This document shows positions 37,999 to 43,071 of a DNA stretch of 43,071 nucleotides, piece after piece. The position numbers and the translations under genes are program-made. The DNA lies in assembly GCA_049968235.1 (NCBI GenBank), contig JBMFRC010000024.1, forward strand, positions 1-43,071. The letters run 5' to 3'. How positions within the stretch are numbered: position 1 is the first letter of the stretch; the number at the start of each line of letters is the position of its first letter. This DNA is from Candidatus Hydrogenedens sp. (lineage in GTDB: Bacteria > Hydrogenedentota > Hydrogenedentia > Hydrogenedentales > Hydrogenedentaceae). The notes beneath the pieces are model-generated. The model was not told the origin of the DNA and ran no database searches. It saw nothing but the letters and a program-made list of their open reading frames with translations.

Positions 37999-38820
37999 AT
38001 GAAGATGTTACAAGAGCAAATTCAAGAATCCGTTGAAATAATTCGTAAGTCTACTTCTACTGAACCTTCAGTAGGAATCATTTTGGGAACAGGATTGGGA
38101 ACATTGAAAAAGATTATTCAAAGTGAAGTAATTATTCCTTATCAAGATATACCCTATTTTCCGGATGACTCTCTCCATGGAGGGGAATTTATTATTGGAG
38201 AGCTATCCGGAAAAAAAGTCCTCGCCTTATCAGGGCGATTTCATTATTACGAAGGATTTAGTTTACAACAGGTTACATTCCCGGTGCGTGTTGCTAAAGC
38301 AATGGGTGTAAAAACACTCATTATATCTAATGCAGCAGGGGGTATGAATCCTTTATTTAGAGCGGGTGATTTAATGATTATAACAGACCATATTAATCTG
38401 ATGGGTGATAATCCTTTGATAGGTCCCAATGATGATAGTTTAGGACCTCGTTTCCCGGATATGAGTGAACCTTACTCAAAGGATTTAATCCACCTGGCAG
38501 AACAGACTGCCCTTGATTTGAAAATTCCCATATACAAAGGTGTTTATGTCGGTGTAGCAGGTCCCTGTTTGGAAACACGTGCTGAATATCGTTTCTTACG
38601 GGCTATAGGAGCAGATGCTGTCGGAATGAGTACCGTTCCAGAAGTTATTGTTGCCGTTCATTCGGGGATAAAGGTATTGGGATTTTCTGCAATCACGGAT
38701 GAATGTTTTCCCGAAGCACTTCAACCTGCCAATATTGACCACATTATCGCTACTGCTCAGAAAATCGAACCTAAATTGAGAAGTCTGGTAAAAGAAATCG
38801 TTTCACATCTTGAAAATTAG
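37999..38820 (+). CDS. purine nucleoside phosphorylase (PNP/MTAP family I)
   Basis: The ATG at 37999 is preceded by GGAGAG. Motifs GIILGTGLG, LSGRFHYYEG, AAGGMNP and GMSTVPEV are typical of PunA/XapA-type phosphorylases. Confidence 0.85.
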   Translation: MKMLQEQIQESVEIIRKSTSTEPSVGIILGTGLGTLKKIIQSEVIIPYQDIPYFPDDSLHGGEFIIGELSGKKVLALSGRFHYYEGFSLQQVTFPVRVAKAMGVKTLIISNAAGGMNPLFRAGDLMIITDHINLMGDNPLIGPNDDSLGPRFPDMSEPYSKDLIHLAEQTALDLKIPIYKGVYVGVAGPCLETRAEYRFLRAIGADAVGMSTVPEVIVAVHSGIKVLGFSAITDECFPEALQPANIDHIIATAQKIEPKLRSLVKEIVSHLEN

Positions 38821-38942
38821 CCACCCCATTAAATACAACTTCTTATAAACCTCGTGTTTAATAATGAATTTTATGGAAAACTATATTTGATAAAAAGAGT
38901 AAAATAAGATAAAATTATAAAAATATTAGAGAGGTTTTATTT

Positions 38943-39998
38943 ATGGTTATTAAGTTAATAAAGGCTTTTTTTGTATTGGCATGTATTGTTATGGGTATCA
39001 TGTGGGCGTATTACCTTACCGGGGAGTTTAGTGAAAGCGCAAATACAAATATACGCATCTGGGGAATTCCCCAAAGATTATGGATACCTATTGGTGGCGT
39101 AACAGGGGCAATCATTGCCAGTGCTATTTTGTTGGCAATTCAATTTATCACACAGGAGATTTACGAACGTATTGCTCCTGCGCTGGTTGCTATTGTACTT
39201 GCCATGGTTGCAGGTTATTTCATTGGACAATACATCTTTTTCTGGGCACCTCAAGCAGAACTTACACTTCGTATATTCGTGATGGTCTCTTTAGTGCTTG
39301 TCTTTGGGTTCATTGGAATTGTTTTAGGATTAACTCGTGCTTCGAACTGGGAATCTCTCATTAGCGCCGTTCAGAAAAAAGGAACAAATTATAGTAATGT
39401 AAAAATAATAGATACCAGTATTCTCATTGATGGTCGAATTGCAGATATTTGTAAAAGTGGATTCCTTGAGGGAACACTTCTTGTTCCCCGATTCGTTTTA
39501 CGGGAACTACAAAACATTGCAGATTCAACAGACATTCTCAGACGAGCTAAAGGGAGACGGGGTCTGGATGTATTAAAATTTTTGCAAGATACTCAAATGG
39601 AATGTCAAATAGAAATTATTGAAGAAAATCCGAAAGATGTTCGTGAGGTTGATGCCAAGTTAGTTGCACTTGCCAAGAAATATCATGCCCCTATTTTGAC
39701 AACAGATTTTAATTTAAATAAAGTAGCACAAATTGAAGGAATTAATGTCCTGAATGTAAATGATTTAGCCAATGCATTAAAACCCATACTTTTACCTGAT
39801 GAACAGATGGAAATTAAAGTAATCAAAGAAGGAAAAGAAACAGGACAGGGAATTGGTTATTTAGATGATGGAACAATGGTAGTCATTGATGGAGGAAAAC
39901 CTTATCTGGGTCATACTATTAATGTGATCGTTACAAGTATTCTCCAAACATCGGCTGGAAGAATGATTTTTACCCGTTTTCAATCATTAGTATCATGA
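38943..39998 (+). CDS. yacL: PIN/TRAM domain membrane protein (YacL-like)
   Basis: N-terminal TM helices, a PIN domain (IIDTSILIDGRI...) and a C-terminal TRAM-like barrel (GHTINVIVTSILQTSAGRMIF). It lies directly upstream of ispD-ispF, as yacL does in Bacillus. Confidence 0.7.
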   Translation: MVIKLIKAFFVLACIVMGIMWAYYLTGEFSESANTNIRIWGIPQRLWIPIGGVTGAIIASAILLAIQFITQEIYERIAPALVAIVLAMVAGYFIGQYIFFWAPQAELTLRIFVMVSLVLVFGFIGIVLGLTRASNWESLISAVQKKGTNYSNVKIIDTSILIDGRIADICKSGFLEGTLLVPRFVLRELQNIADSTDILRRAKGRRGLDVLKFLQDTQMECQIEIIEENPKDVREVDAKLVALAKKYHAPILTTDFNLNKVAQIEGINVLNVNDLANALKPILLPDEQMEIKVIKEGKETGQGIGYLDDGTMVVIDGGKPYLGHTINVIVTSILQTSAGRMIFTRFQSLVS

Positions 39999-40693
39999 GT
40001 GCTCAATTAATTATACCTGCAGGTGGTTTCGGAAGCCGATTAGGAAAAGGCATTCCGAAAGCACTTGTTCCTATCGCAGGAAAACCTATCCTCTACTGGA
40101 CATTAAAAAGATTGCTTAAATTAGAGTGGGTAGCACCTCCTATCGTAATAGCACCTCCTGTTTGTATTGATACTTTTAATAAAGAGGTTATCCAGAAGTT
40201 TGGACTTCCAACCTGTATTTTTGTTGAAGGTGGGCATGAACGACAGTTCTCCGTTTATAATGGTTTACAACATGTAAGCGAAAAAGCAGAAATTGTTGTA
40301 ATACATGATTGTGCTCGTCCTTTTGTTCCTCTTCAATGTGTTTTTGATTCTATAGAAAAAGCCAAAATCATCGGTTCCGCTACAGTTGCCATACCTTCTA
40401 CGAATACCATATTGGAGGTAGATGAACACCTTTTCCTAAAAAATACTCCTGATAGAAAATATATTTATGAATGCCAGACTCCCCAAACATTTCGCAAAGA
40501 AATTATAATCTCTGCTCACGAATTAGCAAAGCAAAAAGGGATACTATTTACAGATGATGCTACATTAGTTCAACAAATGGGGAATAATGTTGCTATCGTA
40601 ATTGGTGACCCCATTAATATAAAAATTACACTACCTTTTGATATTGGTTTAAGTGAATATCTCTTGAGAACCATTCAAAATGATGAATCATAA
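39995..40693 (+). CDS. ispD: 2-C-methyl-D-erythritol 4-phosphate cytidylyltransferase
   Basis: IIPAGGFGSRLG and ALVPIAGKP motifs. 232 aa. The ATG overlaps the yacL stop by ATGA. Confidence 0.9.
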   Translation: MSAQLIIPAGGFGSRLGKGIPKALVPIAGKPILYWTLKRLLKLEWVAPPIVIAPPVCIDTFNKEVIQKFGLPTCIFVEGGHERQFSVYNGLQHVSEKAEIVVIHDCARPFVPLQCVFDSIEKAKIIGSATVAIPSTNTILEVDEHLFLKNTPDRKYIYECQTPQTFRKEIIISAHELAKQKGILFTDDATLVQQMGNNVAIVIGDPINIKITLPFDIGLSEYLLRTIQNDES

Positions 40694-41183
40694 CACTATA
40701 TATCGCATCGGCATTGGATATGATTTACACCGCTTGGCCGAAGGGAGAAAGTTAATCCTCGGAGGAATTACCATCCCCTACGATAAGGGACTTTTAGGAC
40801 ATTCCGATGCGGATGTGTTAATTCATGCAATAATAGATGCCATTCTGGGTTCACTTGCCTTAGGAGATATTGGCGTTCATTTTCCGGATACAGACCCAAA
40901 ATATAAAAATATAAACAGTAAAATACTACTGCAGTATACCATAAACATTATCAAACAACAGGGATGGCATATAGTTAATTTAGATTCCACAATTATTGCA
41001 GAGAAACCGAAATTAAAACCTTACATCATGGATATAAGGGAAAGTTTAAGCGAGGTCCTTGAAATCCCCATTAATTATGTCTCAGTAAAAGCCAAAACAA
41101 ATGAAGGAGTGGGTCCCGAAGGAAAAGAAGAAGCCATATCCTGTTTTGTCGTTATACTCCTATCCCAGAGTAAAGATGTATAA
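40680..41183 (+). CDS. ispF: 2-C-methyl-D-erythritol 2,4-cyclodiphosphate synthase
   Basis: YRIGIGYDLHRL and GHSDADVLIHA zinc-binding motifs. 167 aa. It overlaps the ispD 3-prime end. Stop at 41183 is immediately followed at 41184 by the stop of the convergent gene. Confidence 0.9.
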   Translation: MMNHNTIYRIGIGYDLHRLAEGRKLILGGITIPYDKGLLGHSDADVLIHAIIDAILGSLALGDIGVHFPDTDPKYKNINSKILLQYTINIIKQQGWHIVNLDSTIIAEKPKLKPYIMDIRESLSEVLEIPINYVSVKAKTNEGVGPEGKEEAISCFVVILLSQSKDV

Positions 41184-41492
41184 CTAAATTTGTCCGCCCA
41201 TCTTCTGGTTTAACCGGAAAACAAATGAGAGGACTTCCGCTACTGCACGGTATAAAATTTCGGGGATTTCTGCACCCACATCAATTTTGGATAATAAAGC
41301 CACAAGTTCCGGGTCTTCATGAATAAAAATACCTTTTTCGCGACCAATAGCAATTATCTTCTCTGCAATTATTCGTTCTCCTTTTGCAATAACACGGGGA
41401 GCATTGTCTTTATGCATTTCATACTTCAAAGCAACCGCTTTTTTTATTTGTAATTCTGATTTTTCTTTATCATTCGGTTCATCAGAAATCAT
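41184..41492 (-). CDS. FlhB C-terminal domain-like protein (YlqH/FlhX-like)
   Basis: KKAVALKY...APRVIAKGERIIAEKIIAIGREKGIFIHEDPELVALL matches the FlhB/EscU C-terminal domain (NPTH-region flanks). The ATG at 41492 overlaps the upstream gene stop by ATGA. Confidence 0.65.
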   Translation of the reverse strand: MISDEPNDKEKSELQIKKAVALKYEMHKDNAPRVIAKGERIIAEKIIAIGREKGIFIHEDPELVALLSKIDVGAEIPEILYRAVAEVLSFVFRLNQKMGGQI

Positions 41493-42700
41493 ACAGACCA
41501 ACCTTTATTCTCAATGGATTGCAGTAAAGAGAATACATTTTTCACTCGATTTCCATCCCATTTGTGAACATGGATATTTACATTTTTTAATCCCAATACC
41601 TTAAAACTACTTTCCAATTCGCTCATAAACTGATTGCATACCTTCTGCGTTTTTTCTTCAGCAATCCTGAATACACATTCCAGTGCTTCTTCCAGCCAGC
41701 ATAGTTCTATCCACATTTTACCCATATTAATAAGTTCTATATCAAAAGCAATAATAGCATATTTAGGTTTTTTACCTTTTCCATGTTCATCCTTTTTAGA
41801 ATATAAAGTATGAATACACACGCGAGAAAAACCATCTTGTATGCTGAAAGGTAATTCAAAAACAAGATAATTATACTGAGCGTTATTCAAATTTAATATT
41901 TGATTGGTTGTAAGTTTCGAGAAAAGGGAATCCAGCGATTTCTGGAATTCTTGATAATACCCCTTACTTTTAAGAAAACTAACAAACATTTCGTTCTTTA
42001 ATAATGAATAAAGAACACGATATCCTTTCAATTCTACAATAGATTTTTGGATACCTATATCTACATCCTTTTCACGAAACAATTGCTTTTCGAAAATGAT
42101 ATATTGCATCTGCTGTTTTAAATAATTGTTGATAATCTGCCAGTCCACCTTCCCTTCAAAAGAGAAAGAAAGATATTGAGGGAACATTTTTAGCCATGAA
42201 GGCTCTAAAATCCCTTTATCTATGGCTTCCTGAACAATCTTATTTATGCGAAAAAGTAAATGACTTACTGTATTTTCCTCATCAAACCATTCACCCAACA
42301 GTTTAATTACAAAATCTGTTTTACCTATTAATTCAGGATTCTGATTAATCATCTTCTGAACAAGTTCTCGAATAACACTATTTTTATCTGAAATATCAAC
42401 CACTTTCTGTGCCGATAAATCAGTCGCTTGAGAAGGTAAATTATCTGTTACAGGTTCTTGTATCACTTCAAATTTCATCTCATATCCCCCTTGTGAAGAT
42501 AAAAGGCGGATTTGTATCCAGGTTCCTTCGGTCAATTCCACATCTTTTGGCAAAGGGATACGAACACCTTTCCACACAATCCATTTCTCATCATTACTAC
42601 TATGGACGATGCCCTGTATCACATCATTCTCAAAATTTTTTATCCATGCATATATCGATGATGTTATGTTAAGCGGAGTAAGCGGTACTTCATTCAACAT
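41489..42700 (-). CDS. hypothetical protein (YlqG-like position upstream of the FlhB-C-like gene)
   Basis: 403 aa, soluble, with no recognisable motifs. It is translationally coupled to the downstream FlhB-C-like gene. Confidence 0.4.
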   Translation of the reverse strand: MLNEVPLTPLNITSSIYAWIKNFENDVIQGIVHSSNDEKWIVWKGVRIPLPKDVELTEGTWIQIRLLSSQGGYEMKFEVIQEPVTDNLPSQATDLSAQKVVDISDKNSVIRELVQKMINQNPELIGKTDFVIKLLGEWFDEENTVSHLLFRINKIVQEAIDKGILEPSWLKMFPQYLSFSFEGKVDWQIINNYLKQQMQYIIFEKQLFREKDVDIGIQKSIVELKGYRVLYSLLKNEMFVSFLKSKGYYQEFQKSLDSLFSKLTTNQILNLNNAQYNYLVFELPFSIQDGFSRVCIHTLYSKKDEHGKGKKPKYAIIAFDIELINMGKMWIELCWLEEALECVFRIAEEKTQKVCNQFMSELESSFKVLGLKNVNIHVHKWDGNRVKNVFSLLQSIENKGWSV

Positions 42701-42746
42701 TTTTAATACCTGAAAGATAATCTACATAATTTCTTTTTACTTTTTA

Positions 42747-42971
42747 TTATTCTTTACTGCTTTTGGAGATTGCAAGACTTAAAATAAGACGAACTTCTCC
42801 TTTGGTTATTCCCAATTCTTTAGCAATTTCTCCAGTGGTCATTCCTGCATTATGATATTCCAGCACCATTTTTTGAATGGGGGTTAATTCATCTTTTTTA
42901 CTCGTTTTATTGTTGATAGATACTTGAAGTTCCTCTTCATCTATCTGACTTTCTTTATCTGACAAACCCAC
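42747..42971 (-). CDS. small sigma-70 region 4-like HTH protein
   Basis: 74 aa with a GTG start. LTPIQKMVLEYHNAGMTTGEIAKELGITKGEVRLILSLA resembles a sigma-70 region 4 / YlxM-type HTH. The start codon is uncertain. Confidence 0.35.
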   Translation of the reverse strand: MGLSDKESQIDEEELQVSINNKTSKKDELTPIQKMVLEYHNAGMTTGEIAKELGITKGEVRLILSLAISKSSKE

Positions 42972-43071
42972 TACTCAGTATTCAATTTCCTAAAGAGGGT
43001 GGGTTAGAAAATAGATTAAGTGAATTCTATGGCAATGTATACGATTTCTTCACACAAGTTCAAACAGTATT

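Overview
This is an AT-rich, very gene-dense bacterial chromosomal window with about 40 protein-coding genes and no rRNA, tRNA, CRISPR array or obvious mobile element. Adjacent genes often overlap by ATGA, and several convergent gene pairs have stop codons only 0-9 nt apart. Housekeeping content is clear: argC-argJ-argB, aspS, argS, truA, a purine nucleoside phosphorylase, tatD, and yacL-ispD-ispF in Bacillus-like order. Envelope and accessory content includes an exbB-exbD-tonB-like operon ending in a small zinc-ribbon membrane protein. There is a pseudopilin-pseudopilin-GspK-like-GspF operon with no ATPase or secretin nearby. Two polyprenyl-phosphate-type GT2 glycosyltransferases, a PP2C phosphatase and a LarA-like protein are also present. 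Three radical SAM enzymes are encoded; two have B12-binding class-B architecture, and one of those is translationally coupled to a small 262-aa radical SAM partner. The most unusual items are that two-gene radical SAM operon with no recognisable substrate gene, the exbBD-tonB-zinc-ribbon operon, the truncated pseudopilin/GspK/GspF module, an attenuator-like mutually exclusive hairpin pair in the argC leader, and a compound structured terminator-like RNA element after a small Cys/His ORF downstream of a consensus sigma-70 promoter. All functional calls come from motif and family recognition in the translated ORFs; no database search was possible.
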